DNA of 63,959 nt, counting the filler, from Licmophora abbreviata (taxonomy: Eukaryota), in assembly GCA_900291995.1 (NCBI GenBank). It is 15 parts of 15 records of this genome, joined end to end, with 100 filler letters (N's around TTAATTAATTAA, not from the genome) between each part and the next. Parts side by side here need not be neighbours in the genome. Positions count along the whole stretch, not along the records: positions 39,253 to 52,406 come from OLMU01001340.1; positions 52,507 to 53,733 come from OLMU01001341.1; positions 53,834 to 58,348 come from OLMU01001342.1; positions 58,449 to 63,959 come from OLMU01001343.1; 11 more parts are not named here. One strand, given 5' to 3'. A model generated the notes under the pieces. It did not search any database. It had not been told where the DNA came from and saw only the letters and a list, made by a program, of their open reading frames with translations. Shown piece after piece: positions 47,929 to 60,166 of this stretch. A program made the position numbers and the translations under genes. The stretch's first letter is position 1; every line of letters starts with the position of its first letter.

Positions 47929-47994
47929 ATTGTGGAGCGGTTTCTATCTATGATACCATTGTGGTTTAGCTCGACGAGAAGCCCGCATGGCTAT

Positions 47995-50860
47995 TTAAAC
48001 CACTTTGTCTTCGTTGCCATCAAGATCGATGTCGTTCATGTCATTTCGTAAACTAGCAGCCTCGCACGACATCTCATTGTCTTCTTGGTAGTTGACTCGA
48101 CGGTAGGGCATTGGTCTCGCGTAGGACCCCGAGAGAATGGGCTGTCTGTAAACGTAGTAGTCAAACCTCTTGGTGATCTCCCACGCCTCTTGCTGTTTGT
48201 CCAATTCCATGGCTCGCTCAAGACTCAGGTGGCTACCCTTGTCAGCGTAAAGGCGCTTGAACTGGAACATCATGTAGAGAGTGTAAACTGGAAGGGGCGA
48301 CAACAAAATAGGCTGGTAGAATCCTTCGCGGAGAATGGTGTAGAAAATCAGACAGCATTGTCCCGTCACCAAGGCAACCAGCGCACGATGACATGCAGAG
48401 GGAAACAGGGCTCCGCCGCTTTCGTATGTCGCCTCAAAAACAAGGAGAAGCTGTTTCTTGTATACAAGCAGAGCCGCCAAAAAGTAAAGGGCTCCAAGCG
48501 GAAGCACAAATGGGCAGATACAAGCATACGTCGACATGATAAGGAAGACAAGCAACAAATCAATATACTAAAGCGAAAAGAAGGAAAGCACGATCGTCGT
48601 TAGGTTTTCATGAAGAAATACGAAGGCCAAACGAGATCGGAGCACACAGTCGATGTACCTCTCTTCCATATCTCAGAGGGTGAGATTGACTCTGCTTGTC
48701 CAATTCTCTCTGGGTCATCATCCTCTCGCGACAGAGGAGTTTCTGCGTGATTCTCCGAGTGAGAGCCAGCGGGCGTGTCATGACCCAAGGAAGTCCTACC
48801 AGCAGTTTTGTGATGAGAAGGGCGATGAAGTAGCCAACAACGGTGGTCAAGGTCGTTCCGAGAATCTCAATGGCACTGCCCGGATGGTTTAAGATATCGG
48901 CAAGGGCATCCAGAACAGAGCCCGCAGTAGCTGTCACGTATACATTGGCCAACTGATACCAGAAGAATCTGTTTACCACCGTCCGCTCCACCTCTGAGCG
49001 AGACTTCCGACGCTCATAAACCAACGCGACCCACTTAAGCGCGAAGGGCAAGAGAAAAATGATGAACAATAACGCCGTTACAGGAAGAAACCCGTTGATG
49101 AAAGCCTTCATTGAATCGCTCATTCCTTCGCCGAGTCCTGATAGACCAGGAATTTCAGCTTCAAAAGAAACAAGAATTATTTATCAGTAGTTAGAACACG
49201 GTCGGGGGATATGGGATGGAAAAGATTAACTCAGAATCAGCGTACCTAAGGACTCCAGATTTGCAAGTGCCTGAATGGCGGCAACAGGGACGGACCACAG
49301 GACCGCCCCAAGCACAAGCAAGACATTCGCAGTCCATTCACGACCAGCACTCCAAGATCTATTGATATGCGCGTTGTTCCACTTGACATCACGTGGTTCT
49401 GGGCTGATCTTGGCGTGGAGTACCCCGGCTTCATGACTAAGCGGTGCGTTGATGGCACAAGCAATGGATACCAGATCTTTGAACGTCACGAAGCCTGTCG
49501 AAGACATGGTTGCCCCTCTGACAGTGTCGACAATAGCGTCTGTGTTACAGAGGAGGAGTGCGTGAGCCTCCATCACCACAATCCTTCCCCATTCACTGCC
49601 TGGTCTACATACATACATACCTAATTGACGATGCATTGAAAGAAAGCCACCAAAAAGAAAATCGATCCCCACTTGTCGCAGAAGAACCAGAGTGTGCGAA
49701 CGCACCGCTGCCGCCACGCCTGTGCTCACCATCAAGCCATCGTCTTCGACCGACCCGGCAACACTTCGTTTCGAATTCGTTCGTTCTAATCCAAGCGTAT
49801 GAGATATCCACTCGCTGGCGCGCACCGAATTATCCCCTTGAGACGCCAGCGCCAACTTCGCTTCCTGAATGTTGGCGACCCGAGCATTCAAGACGGCCAA
49901 GTATTTTGTATAATAATCAATCGAAGCCACTTTATCGCCTGGCCTTGCTAGTCGTTCTGTGTCGTCATAGTGGTGTTCGTGATCCTGATCATTGCTGCGA
50001 CGACCAGGTGTTTTGACCTTGCGCCGGACAGTGTGTGTGGGTGTAACGCCTGTAGCCACTTCCATGGCTTGACACTTCTCCAGTTTGGCTAGAATGAGAT
50101 CCCGTTCCGCCACAGCTTCGGCTAGGTCTGGAACATTCAAAACAATTTTGGCCGAGTGGACCTTTCCCGGAAAGAGTTCCTCAAAGTAGTCGTGCAACGC
50201 TTGGTCGCTGCGGAGCTCGTGCGGGATATCCTCCACCATGAGGGTGTAGCCCTGTTGCGGATGGACACTTGAGTCTCCCTTGGCGAGAAACTCCTGCCGA
50301 CATTCAATATAATGTTTGTACTCTTCGTTCATGCAAAATAGGACATACGAGGTGACAAAGTACATGAAGATAGCTGGAATCCAGAGCTTCCAGTCTCCCT
50401 GTGGAAGGTTTGCCATGCTGAAAAAGTACCACCCGTGTGCATCGTTCCCACCTGTCGCATAGACAGGCCACAAGACAAGCATTGCCCAAAGGCCGGACAC
50501 TGCCGTAATCTGAAAGAGCATGCGGATGTAGCGAATGAAAAAGTAGGCGTCCAAGCCGCACGTCTTGCGGAGCTGCGTCCACGAAACGGCAAACACCTGA
50601 GGAATCCAACCGACGAAGGGAGCCGAAGACTGCATCATGGGGCGAGGCAGGTTCATGTGATGAGTGCCATTCTTGAAAAACTGATTCGGCCGATAGACGC
50701 TCGGTAGAAGGCGACTGAATATCTCGTAGCAACACATGAGTACGACAAAGAGGACGATATCCAGGATCAGGGTCATGAGAACAGCTGATTCATCGTAGGA
50801 TTGAGCACCCCCAGTGTACACAGCTGACTCTTCGCCATCGGATGTATTGTTCGTTTCCAT
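47995..50860 (-). CDS. OSCA/TMEM63 (CSC1-like) mechanosensitive channel, multi-exon
   Basis: CGLDAYFFIRYIRM, YTLMVEDIP, TGFVTF, PEPRDVKW and YESGG.LFP. Confidence 0.92.
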
Positions 50861-51207
50861 GACTGCTTGAATCAGAGCCGTGGCAAGGTAACGAGTAGCC
50901 ACAGGGATTCTCTCTTCTAATTAGAGCATCCATACCATCACGAAGCCCGTGCCATGACAGAAAAGACGCCGAAAAAACAAAAAACAAAAAAATGACCGAG
51001 CGCGGGCGGGTCATCTTCAATCAATCGTGGCATTTTGAACACGCCAGCTCGTAGCAACGCAGAACACGTTTTGTTCATATGTCGTTATAGCATCTATTTC
51101 CATTTGAAACTGGTATCATTCCAGGTACATGTCCGTAGTCTCGCCCCTCCTTCGGCCAGGCCTTACTATTGACCACCGAAAGACAAGCAAGCGTAAAAAT
51201 CCTCGTA

Positions 51208-52266
51208 CTACAACCCTCCTGGGCGACTGCCTAGCTTGATGCCCAGAAAGACACCGAGACCTGGTCGTAGCTGACGTGCAAGCTTGCCCAAAATGGGGGG
51301 CTTGATCGCCGACTCTGGAATATCCCTCACATAGCTCACTTTACGAGACTCCGGATCCAGCTTGTAGAAACTTATGCCTTTGATTGTCTCGTCTGCACCA
51401 TCCAGGGCCACTTCCCACGTGAAGCAGCAGCTGTCCACACCATCGTCAATACGCTGCGTTCGAAATTCGATCCCGGGGAACATAAACTTCTCAATGAACT
51501 CACGCACTTCAGTTGTCCCCAGCAGTTCATGCTCATAGTTGAAATCGCGATAAACGATCTTCTCGTCAAAGCATCGTATGCTCTCATCAACGGACGAACC
51601 TTGTACTTCATTGAACAGGTAATCGACCATGTCGCTCGCTTTTGTGGGAGTCCTCTCTTGAAACTCCTTGGGCGCTTTCGGTTCTACCCCCTCCGTGACG
51701 GCCTGCAGTAGCTGCACCGTCAGATCACCAGGCTTAAATAGAGGCTCTGGGATTTCTCGTACGTATGCAATTTCATTCTGATCATTGAGCTCCACGAACG
51801 TCGTCCCTCGCAGTCCCTCTTCGTCGCTGGAGGTGTAGGTCCACCCAAATCCACACGCCTTGCTTCCATCACTCATCATGTCCACTCGCAATTCACCCCG
51901 ATTCTGCCGTGCTTGCACTTTTGCTACCATGTGATTCAAAACGGGTGTTTTTCCTACAATGGGTTGCGGCTCAAAGCAATCTTCGTACACCACGTTGCTA
52001 CTGCACTTGTCACCAAACAGTCTCGCGCCCTGCTCCGACGAGTAGCACCGCTCGTCTATTACCAAGGTCTGCAGTAAGTCTCGCGCTGTTCGAATACTTA
52101 CTGAAGCGAAAAGGGTCGACGATGGCAAATGGAAGCGTTTCGTTGTGATGGGGACTGGAGTGGTAAAGGCCATCGTATTGAGAGGGGACAACAGAACGGC
52201 GACGCTCAACACGGCCCAGCAATAGCCCACTATCAGTGCCATGATCGACCGTGAGACATTGTTCAT
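51208..52266 (-). CDS. Tandem NTF2/SnoaL-like domain protein, probably plastid-targeted
   Basis: Two repeats (VVYED..GFGW..GTTFVEL..YVREIPE and IVYRD..CFTW..GISFYKL..YVRDIPE). Signal peptide followed by AF. Confidence 0.65.
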   Translation of the reverse strand: MNNVSRSIMALIVGYCWAVLSVAVLLSPLNTMAFTTPVPITTKRFHLPSSTLFASVSIRTARDLLQTLVIDERCYSSEQGARLFGDKCSSNVVYEDCFEPQPIVGKTPVLNHMVAKVQARQNRGELRVDMMSDGSKACGFGWTYTSSDEEGLRGTTFVELNDQNEIAYVREIPEPLFKPGDLTVQLLQAVTEGVEPKAPKEFQERTPTKASDMVDYLFNEVQGSSVDESIRCFDEKIVYRDFNYEHELLGTTEVREFIEKFMFPGIEFRTQRIDDGVDSCCFTWEVALDGADETIKGISFYKLDPESRKVSYVRDIPESAIKPPILGKLARQLRPGLGVFLGIKLGSRPGGL

Positions 52267-52765
52267 CCTGACGGGAAGGAGCGCTGAGATCGAGCTGCTA
52301 TGTGGCCCTGTAGTCTTTCGTCGGCGAGCTTTGGAACGGTGTAGGTGACGATGCGATGGTGCGACGATAGCGATGGGGTGATCGCGGCTTCACAAAATGG
52401 ATCTTTNNNNNNNNNNNNNNNNNNNNNNNNNNNNNNNNNNNNNNNNNNNNTTAATTAATTAANNNNNNNNNNNNNNNNNNNNNNNNNNNNNNNNNNNNNN
52501 NNNNNNCGATAGCGATGGGGGTGATAGCGGCTTCACAAAATGGATCTTTCTTGCAAAAAACGAAAGTAAGATTCGTCTTCAGCGTTCTTATTTTGCGTAC
52601 AAAACCTCTCACCAAAAGTTTGTACATTGTGAATGTGCAGCAAAACTATAGAGCGCTGGGAATTGATCGTTCGACTCATCCCTCAAAACGCAGGGCCTAT
52701 CTCAGAACCGGCGGCAGGTTTGCTGATGCTCCTCCCTCTTGTACACTCTTCTCTGCATCCTTATT

Positions 52766-53689
52766 ATGTCGAAACTATTGGAAAAGGCGGATAGCACCTA
52801 CGCTGTTGCCGGAGTAGCTGGCCTTGCTTTTTCCGGCCTGCTGCTGAAGACCGTGTTCGCACCGGCCAAAAAGACGTCTCCGCAGGTTGTCTTGGTCACG
52901 GGCGCTTCCTCCGGCATCGGCAAGGCCACTGCTCTGAAGCTCATTGAGGACGGCCACATCGTCTATGGTGCAGCTCGGCGTGTGGAAAGAATGAAGGATC
53001 TGGAGGAAGCCGGCGGACATGCGATTGCGTTGGACGTCAGCGACGAAAAGCAGATTGTCGCGGCAGTCAAGCTAGTCATCTCGGAACAGAAGCGCATCGA
53101 TTGTTTGATCAACAACGCTGGGTATGCCGTCTATGGACCTATCGAAGACATTCCGATTGCGGAAGCTCGGCGTCAGTTTGAGGTCAACATCTTTGGACTC
53201 GCTCGCATGACCCAAGAGGTGCTTCCCCACATGCGCGCCGTGCACTCTGGGACCATCATCAATACCAGTAGCATGGGAGGAAAGATGTATACCAACTTTG
53301 GAGCGTGGTATCATGGTTCGAAGCATGCCCTGGAGGGATGGAGTGACTGTCTCCGTCTCGAATTGCATGAGTTTGGAATCAAGGTTGTCATCATGGAACC
53401 AGGACTGATTGCGACTGAGTTCGGCGATGTCATGATGGGACCCATGATGGAGCACGCCAAGGGAGGCGCATATGAGGAAACCGTCAAGAATTTTGCGAAG
53501 AATAGCGAAGCAGGCCTTGGAGTCATGTCCCCACCCTCTGTCATTGCCAATGCCATGGCCGATGCAGTCGTGCGCAAGAATCCGCCTCGCCGCTACCTCG
53601 TCGGTTCGATGGCCAAGCCTCTGGTGTACTTCCGCCGCTGGTTCGGCGACGGCTTGTATGACTACATCATGCTGGCGAATCTCAAATAA
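52766..53689 (+). CDS. Classical short-chain dehydrogenase/reductase with hydrophobic N-terminal anchor
   Basis: TGASSGIG, NNAG, SSMGG and YHGSK catalytic motif. Confidence 0.92.
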   Translation: MSKLLEKADSTYAVAGVAGLAFSGLLLKTVFAPAKKTSPQVVLVTGASSGIGKATALKLIEDGHIVYGAARRVERMKDLEEAGGHAIALDVSDEKQIVAAVKLVISEQKRIDCLINNAGYAVYGPIEDIPIAEARRQFEVNIFGLARMTQEVLPHMRAVHSGTIINTSSMGGKMYTNFGAWYHGSKHALEGWSDCLRLELHEFGIKVVIMEPGLIATEFGDVMMGPMMEHAKGGAYEETVKNFAKNSEAGLGVMSPPSVIANAMADAVVRKNPPRRYLVGSMAKPLVYFRRWFGDGLYDYIMLANLK

Positions 53690-54092
53690 GGGACGAAAGG
53701 ACGAGTATGGCAAATGGATTAATGAGACTGTAGNNNNNNNNNNNNNNNNNNNNNNNNNNNNNNNNNNNNNNNNNNNNTTAATTAATTAANNNNNNNNNNN
53801 NNNNNNNNNNNNNNNNNNNNNNNNNNNNNNNNNGAGACTGTAGCCCTTGGCGGCCGTCACAGGACGAGATTCGGTCTCGATTGTTTACATGACTGCAGCT
53901 TGGCGGCTCCCACTAATACCAAGGAAGAGAAGCAAAAGAGCGTGCCGGTATGAGGTTTTGTGGTAAATCTTTAATATGATGATAGTAACTACGAAGTATT
54001 ATTTTTTTGGAAGCCCGTTGCTTAGTATGGGTATCTACGGTGCGCCCCTCGCTTTCCTGCTCGTATGAATACCTTCATTTCTCTGCCATTCT

Positions 54093-55211
54093 TTAGAGTT
54101 TGTTGATTTTGCGCATCCGTCGATGCTCCACTACGTGACGGATTGCTCTTGACACCGAGGCCACCAAAGAGAGCCCTCCCAGAGAGAGAATACTGAGACT
54201 CTGTAGAGGAGTGGGCAACAAGATGATCCCTTTGATCACCAAGGGAGCCGTAGCCACGCCGGTGACGCGAACTGCCAACGATGTTGCTGCCTCAGCCGTA
54301 GTGCGAGGCTTTGTCATGGAAGTCGAAACCGCCAGTTGGCTACTAGAAGCCGGAGCGTCGATCGAGTTCCCGTCGAATACTGATCCAAGATTGTCTGAAC
54401 GCATAGCACGGACAAGTTCACCTTTTTCAGGGAGCTCAGGAAGAGACAGATTGTGTGCCAGTTTAGGATCCATAGCGACTGCAGCTGCGAAGGTACCAAC
54501 GATCATGAACAAGGCGAAGCACAGGAGCCAGAAAAGACCGCGCCCCGCGCCTGGAGTCGCAGGTTGCTCTGTTAAAACATTATTGCTGGTGCGGAGAGCA
54601 TCTTCAGTGAGAAGTTTGGTCGAGGGAGGCTGAAAGAGCGTTAACATACTCAAGGAGCGGTCACGGGCTCTCACACGAGCCTGACTTGAAGGCGGCAGGT
54701 GCTGAAGCGTCTGCATTCCAATTACGACACTCTTGTAGCACTGGTAGATCTCGGCCCAAGTGAGGGTCTGGCTGTTGGCTTCCTCCGTGGTTCCTGCAGT
54801 GAGATTCTTGGTCAAGGTACGAAGTACAAGCATGAATTGACGATCCGTCGTCATGGCTTCGGACGACATGGTGTCTGACTCCAATCGACCAAGTGCCTGA
54901 AGCAGGACGTGGAAGGGGACTTCGCGTTGCATCACATTGTCTTCGTCGATGGCGAACTTCTCGTTGCGTTCTTCCCCAAAGGCCGTCCCTAGCTCCTCGA
55001 TTCGATCAAGAATGGGTCGAATGTGGGACAAACTGGCAAGATTCTCGGCTTCTTGCTGACGAACCATTGTTTCGTAGCGGAGAAGGTACGCCAACGCCGA
55101 ATGGTCCACAAATTGCCCCTCGCTCGGACTATTATCGTCTTCCTCATCATCTTCCGAGATGCTCTTGACGAGCTCAGGCTGCAGTGGCTGAAACTCGACG
55201 GCAGCGACCAT
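54093..55211 (-). CDS. Hypothetical membrane protein
   Basis: 372-aa ORF with hydrophobic segments (GLFWLLCFALFMIVGTFAAAVAM and the C-terminus). No family recognised. Confidence 0.55.
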   Translation of the reverse strand: MVAAVEFQPLQPELVKSISEDDEEDDNSPSEGQFVDHSALAYLLRYETMVRQQEAENLASLSHIRPILDRIEELGTAFGEERNEKFAIDEDNVMQREVPFHVLLQALGRLESDTMSSEAMTTDRQFMLVLRTLTKNLTAGTTEEANSQTLTWAEIYQCYKSVVIGMQTLQHLPPSSQARVRARDRSLSMLTLFQPPSTKLLTEDALRTSNNVLTEQPATPGAGRGLFWLLCFALFMIVGTFAAAVAMDPKLAHNLSLPELPEKGELVRAMRSDNLGSVFDGNSIDAPASSSQLAVSTSMTKPRTTAEAATSLAVRVTGVATAPLVIKGIILLPTPLQSLSILSLGGLSLVASVSRAIRHVVEHRRMRKINKL

Positions 55212-55713
55212 GTTTGTTGCTTGATATGTTTGTCGAGTGTTGTGTGTTGTGGCTGTCTCTCGAGTTCAAAACATCGAATGTGGCCGATTTGAATCATTTG
55301 TGTAGACTTCTACGTGCGCATGTACCACTTGCTGCACTACAACACTAACGTAGATTCTACACATGTCCCTAGGTCCGGGTTCGGTTGCCAAAAGGAACGC
55401 GAGACGTTTGCTCCCTCTAGAGACGACTAAGGTACCGGTAGACCTAAAGACTACTGGTAGATGATACCGGTGGGTATGGAGTCTACCGGTACTGATGAGC
55501 ACCCAATCCTCTCACCCACCACAGGAAGAGTCAAAAGGGCTCCATTCATGCGATCGACGTGAGCGTCGATCAGACCAACGTCACTATTTTATCTGGATTG
55601 ACGTGATACGTTTGTAGTAGTAGTCTAGCTATATCACCTGACGGACTTCAAAGTGCAAATGAAAAGATCGCACTTCTTTCTTGGCTTCACAGATCAGGGA
55701 GGGACTGAGGCGT

Positions 55714-56369
55714 CTATACATGGCGTCCCATAGCGTACACCCACCTGATGAAAGCATCAGAACCAGACAGGCAGACAGAGGAAAAGCGTTAGTAAATCAA
55801 GAAGCATCGTGACCTCCATTCTAGCAAGTATATCTAAGACCTTTTACACGAACAACTCACCCTGGATTCGCAGGCATCTGACCTGGGCCCTGCTTCGGAA
55901 CTGGGCATTGGACACCGATGAAGTAAAGGAGCCCACCTTGCTCATTTCGTAACGGTGAGATAAAGAACTCATTTACAAAAGTAGAGCCATCCTTACGGTA
56001 GTTTAAAAGGTTCACCGATGTTTCCTTGTGATTTTTGATGGCCTCGCGGATGCGGCCGACATCTTCTTTTGACGTCGCCGGACCCTGCAAAAAGCGACAG
56101 TTTCGACCTTCAATTTCGCTTGGGCTGTAGCCCGTACAGTGGCAGAACCCATCCGCAGCGAATATGATAGGCGTATCTGGCAAGTCTGGGTCGCAAACAC
56201 AGAAGGATACCTCCTCGTGCCCTGCGCTGTTCAGCATGTCGACGAGAATGTAGTCTTTCTCGCAGAGAGGCTTGGTGGGAACAAATTGGCGCGCTTTTGA
56301 AAGACCGGCGGCGCTCCCGGGAAGCGGCTCGCAGCCCAATGTCGACTGAAGCATTGCAAATAAGCCCAT
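55714..56369 (-). CDS. Stand-alone LOV-domain blue-light sensor; intron 55745..55860
   Basis: DPDLPDTPIIFA, GRNCRFLQG (photoactive Cys), LLNYRKDGS and FIGVQ. A short last exon encodes WVYAMGRHV-stop. Confidence 0.88.
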
Positions 56370-56814
56370 AATAAAAGAACTGAATGAGACAGGGGCCTAT
56401 TGCAACGCCGATCAAGACAGAGAAAGCAATGATTCGGTTCAACGAAGCTTGGATGTTTGTGGGTGTCAACATGAGACATCAGACAAAGATGAGACATCAG
56501 TCAAAAGAGCGTGAGATGACGCATTTCAATTTTTTTCGCACACACGCACGACTCGCGCGTCATACATGCGCGAGACGGACAATGACCGGACGGCGACAAG
56601 ATTTCAGTGATGCGATCCGATGCGGCAATGATGACTCCGCCGTGAGCCTTGAGGCGACGTTGATGATACTGTATCTCAAACTTGCTGCTGAAAGGAGTGA
56701 CGAAGGCAAGGAAATCTGTCCTCCAACTCGCTCTATAGTGTCTGTGTATTCGCAAGCTTTGGAATTTTGCTAAGAATCGATAAGCGGCACTGTTTGGCGT
56801 CCAGGTCGTTGAGG

Positions 56815-57765
56815 ATGCTTGCTCGACGCCTGATGCCGCGATTGAGGCCGATGAAAGTGCAGAACACGAGATTCGTTGCCGTTTGTTCGTCGTCAATCTC
56901 TAGGCGTGGAATCTCACAGAGAGATCGATTTCAGGACAGTACGAGGCTCTTTTCTACGAGCAGAGAGTCCTCTGTTTCTTCAGATGAAGTGTCCAAGTTC
57001 TCGGCAATGGAAGACATGTGGTGGAATCCCGATAAGCACCCTCTGGTAGCTATGAATCCGATTCGAATTAGGTACATTCTCGATACCCTGCGGAATCTTG
57101 AGTGCCTGAACATGCCAACGGGCGAGTCAAGCACCCCCTTACAGGATCTGACTGCACTCGACGTGGGCTGTGGTGGGGGCCTCCTCTCGGAAAGCTTGGC
57201 GCGGCTCGGTGCCCACGTGACAGCAATTGATCCTTCCGAGGCGCTCGTCGAGGCTGCCAAGAAGCACGCAGCGCTGGATTCACTGACTGTATCTATTGAT
57301 TATCGTGGAGGTGTCTCAGTCGAAGACTTGGCATCAATAATGGATTCCCAATTTGACGTGATTTGCATTCTAGAAGTAATTGAACACGTCGCCAACGTGG
57401 AAAGTGTCTTACGGGCGGCCTCGTCCTTGCTGAAACCCAACGGCATCTTGTTTGTATCTACCATAAATCGAACATGGAAGAGTCATGTTCTGGCAATCGT
57501 AGGCGCAGAGTACGTAATGGGATACATTCCGATCGGGACACATGACTGGAATCAATTTCGGTCGCCCCACGAGGTCAAGGCGCTCATGAAACATGCCTCA
57601 TTGGAGCCGGTTGATGTTCAAGGCATGATCATGCGGGCACCTCCATTGGATGGAATTTGGCGATGGAGACTGGATCCAAGGGATACTGACGTGAACTGGA
57701 TAGGAGCTTACCGACGACGACTCGAGCAGATGAGCGAGCAGCTAAATACATCTAACGCTAATTAG
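56815..57765 (+). CDS. COQ3: Ubiquinone biosynthesis O-methyltransferase
   Basis: EVSKF..WW, MNPIRIRY, LDVGCGGGLLSESLARLGA, STINRT and GTHDW. Arg/Ser-rich mitochondrial presequence. Confidence 0.93.
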   Translation: MLARRLMPRLRPMKVQNTRFVAVCSSSISRRGISQRDRFQDSTRLFSTSRESSVSSDEVSKFSAMEDMWWNPDKHPLVAMNPIRIRYILDTLRNLECLNMPTGESSTPLQDLTALDVGCGGGLLSESLARLGAHVTAIDPSEALVEAAKKHAALDSLTVSIDYRGGVSVEDLASIMDSQFDVICILEVIEHVANVESVLRAASSLLKPNGILFVSTINRTWKSHVLAIVGAEYVMGYIPIGTHDWNQFRSPHEVKALMKHASLEPVDVQGMIMRAPPLDGIWRWRLDPRDTDVNWIGAYRRRLEQMSEQLNTSNAN

Positions 57766-57810
57766 GTTTTACTTGCTTTGTGCACACGTCGCCAGTCCAA
57801 AGACAAGTCA

Positions 57811-58744
57811 TTAACGGCGAACCCACTGTGGAGACTTTCGAGCCTTTACCTTGCCAACCTTCTTTCGTTCTACCTTACGCGGATCTCGTGTCAGATATCC
57901 CAGACGTTTGAGGGGCGGACGATACAAGTCTGGATTGTAGTGATTCAGGGCACGGGCCAGACCATGTCTAATCGCTCCCGCCTGTCCCGACAGGCCTCCC
58001 CCTTGCACATAACACTGCATATCAAAGGCTCCGCACGTCTCCGTTGCTACAAAAGGCGACAATATGGACTCGCGATGTGTCTCTCGTGGAAAGTACTCGG
58101 TGAGTTCCTTGCGATTTACCACCACTTCGCCCATTCCCGGCTGAATCCAGACACGCGACGAGGCCTTCTTGCGTCCTCCCCGTCCATAAGCTCGACCGCG
58201 TTCATCAATCTGCGAGTACCGAACCGGTTTCTTGGAAATTTCGATCCATTGCTTGCGGCGTTCTTCGTAGTCAACCTGTGACTGTTTCGCCCACTTGACT
58301 AGTTCCTCCATTTCCACTTCAAACTTTTCCCCACTGACTCCCTCGTTTNNNNNNNNNNNNNNNNNNNNNNNNNNNNNNNNNNNNNNNNNNNNTTAATTAA
58401 TTAANNNNNNNNNNNNNNNNNNNNNNNNNNNNNNNNNNNNNNNNNNNNTGTTCGTTGGAATAACTTCCTCTATCCTCATTAGATTGTTGAGTCTCTTTGT
58501 CGGAATAATCGCCTTCAAAAAGATTGACCGCGTGCGTACGAAGCTTAGGTTGCTGGAGACGCAGAGGACCACCTAAACTGCTTCTGGATGATGAACCGAC
58601 GTTTTGGCGTTGGCTCTGATTCGGTCCTCTGTTTCGCGTGGAGAAGCTCCGAGTGCCTATTGTCAGAGAAGGCCATTGAGACCTTAGCAGCAACTGAGGC
58701 GAAGCGCTTCCCAAGGCCGCCTTTTGCAGGCAAAGGGATGCCAT
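57811..58744 (-). CDS. MRPS9: Mitochondrial ribosomal protein uS9m (spans a gap)
   Basis: GRGGRKKASSRV, GGGLSGQAGAIRHGLARAL, TRDPRKVERKK and KARKSPQWVRR. Presequence in the upstream contig. Confidence 0.92.
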
Positions 58745-58973
58745 GGTCACAACGTCAGCGTTGCGATGGAAGGAGTGGAAGATGTCGCGAGACGCGCGTG
58801 TGACAGGTTTGGATTGAGTCGAATCAATCAAACGTCAAACATTGCAATCACAGTGTGTCAGGACAAAATTTTGAACGACGGCATACAACACTGAACATGA
58901 CCCACCATCTCGGGGCCATCACAGATCACAGCACCACAACCCACACCAACCACAAAACCACAACGCTTCGACC

Positions 58974-59909
58974 ATGAGCCAGTCTCCTGTAAGATCGAAC
59001 GAAGAAACACCACTCCGAAAGAGCCCTGTTTATGTACCCAGTGACAGAGAAGTCGCTCAAGAACTTGATGGCTACTCCTATACCTTGAATCCGTCACGAT
59101 TCGAACCCCCACCTCTTACCCTAACGACAGCCTCGTGGAAAGGCATCAAGCTTGCCACAATCGTAATTCTATCACCAATTTTGCTCCTTGGATCGTTAAC
59201 GTGTACCTCGATCATGTACTTTGCACCCCAGACGATTCAGCATTGGGTTTTTTCCAAATTTCTTTCCAAAATCTGCGGCGCACTAGACTCCCGATTTGGA
59301 AACGAACGTACAACGTTGCTGTCGAACACAAGAGGCAGTGTCTTGGATCTGGGAAGCGGCAGTGGCGCATATATGAAATATCTGGTGAATGCAGAAAGAG
59401 TGGTGGCACTCGAGCCCATGTCGAAATTGCACGCCACCATTCAGGCTCAGGCTGACAAGTGGCTTTCACCCAAAGAGACGGAGTTCGACTTATTGGAATC
59501 AACACTCGAATCGTATTTGGAGCAATATCCCGACCAAGCAGGAACATTCGACTGGATCGTTTTGGGAAATGTTATGTGCGAAGTGCCGAATCCTATGTCT
59601 ACCTTGAACGCAGTCGATCGTGCCCTGAAAAACGGCGGGAAAGTGTACTTTTCCGAACACATTGCTTGCAGTACTACTCATGCGCCCTGGAAACGCTCGG
59701 TACAGCACCTGGTGAATCCGTGGTGGAAAATTGTAAGTGGCGGCTGTAACATGAACCGCGATACGCTGGAATGGATTCAGGCCATGCCCCATTGGCACGT
59801 GATTGTATGGGAGTTCCCCCACGTCAATGTGGGCCTGGGTCCTTTTGTACTGGGTCTTGCCCAGAAAAGGCCAAATTCAAACTTTGCTAGAACTGCCAGC
59901 CTGCGATGA
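58974..59909 (+). CDS. METTL7-like class I SAM methyltransferase
   Basis: VLDLGSGSG, VALEP, GGKVYFSEH and GGCNMNRD. N-terminal hydrophobic helix. Confidence 0.85.
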   Translation: MSQSPVRSNEETPLRKSPVYVPSDREVAQELDGYSYTLNPSRFEPPPLTLTTASWKGIKLATIVILSPILLLGSLTCTSIMYFAPQTIQHWVFSKFLSKICGALDSRFGNERTTLLSNTRGSVLDLGSGSGAYMKYLVNAERVVALEPMSKLHATIQAQADKWLSPKETEFDLLESTLESYLEQYPDQAGTFDWIVLGNVMCEVPNPMSTLNAVDRALKNGGKVYFSEHIACSTTHAPWKRSVQHLVNPWWKIVSGGCNMNRDTLEWIQAMPHWHVIVWEFPHVNVGLGPFVLGLAQKRPNSNFARTASLR

Positions 59910-60166
59910 GCATCCTTGGTGCTCATTCAAAACACGCTACGATATCTAAGCCATTGTTGCGTTAATGGAGTGCGTGAATGGTGGTTGGTTGACATCTCCG
60001 GTCTGCCTAGACTAGAATTTATAATAGCTAGAACGAAGTCAAACACAAAACCGCCAAACGACGTATCATCGCAAAACTACGAAACAGCAACACTTCAACT
60101 ACCTAGTTAGAAGCGAGATCGGAAATCACGAAACAACATCGTGTCCACGACAGTATCTAGTGGTGG

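Noticed and set aside
53072..53713. Long antisense ORFs (for example 213 aa opposite the SDR, 31132-31689, 60620-61195)
   Set aside because: Shadow ORFs of real genes, with no motifs of their own.
1868..58448. Recurring TTAATTAATTAA within N runs, as a possible repeat or CRISPR-like array
   Set aside because: Artificial six-frame-stop contig linker. ORF ends such as LIN or XXXN are artefacts of it.
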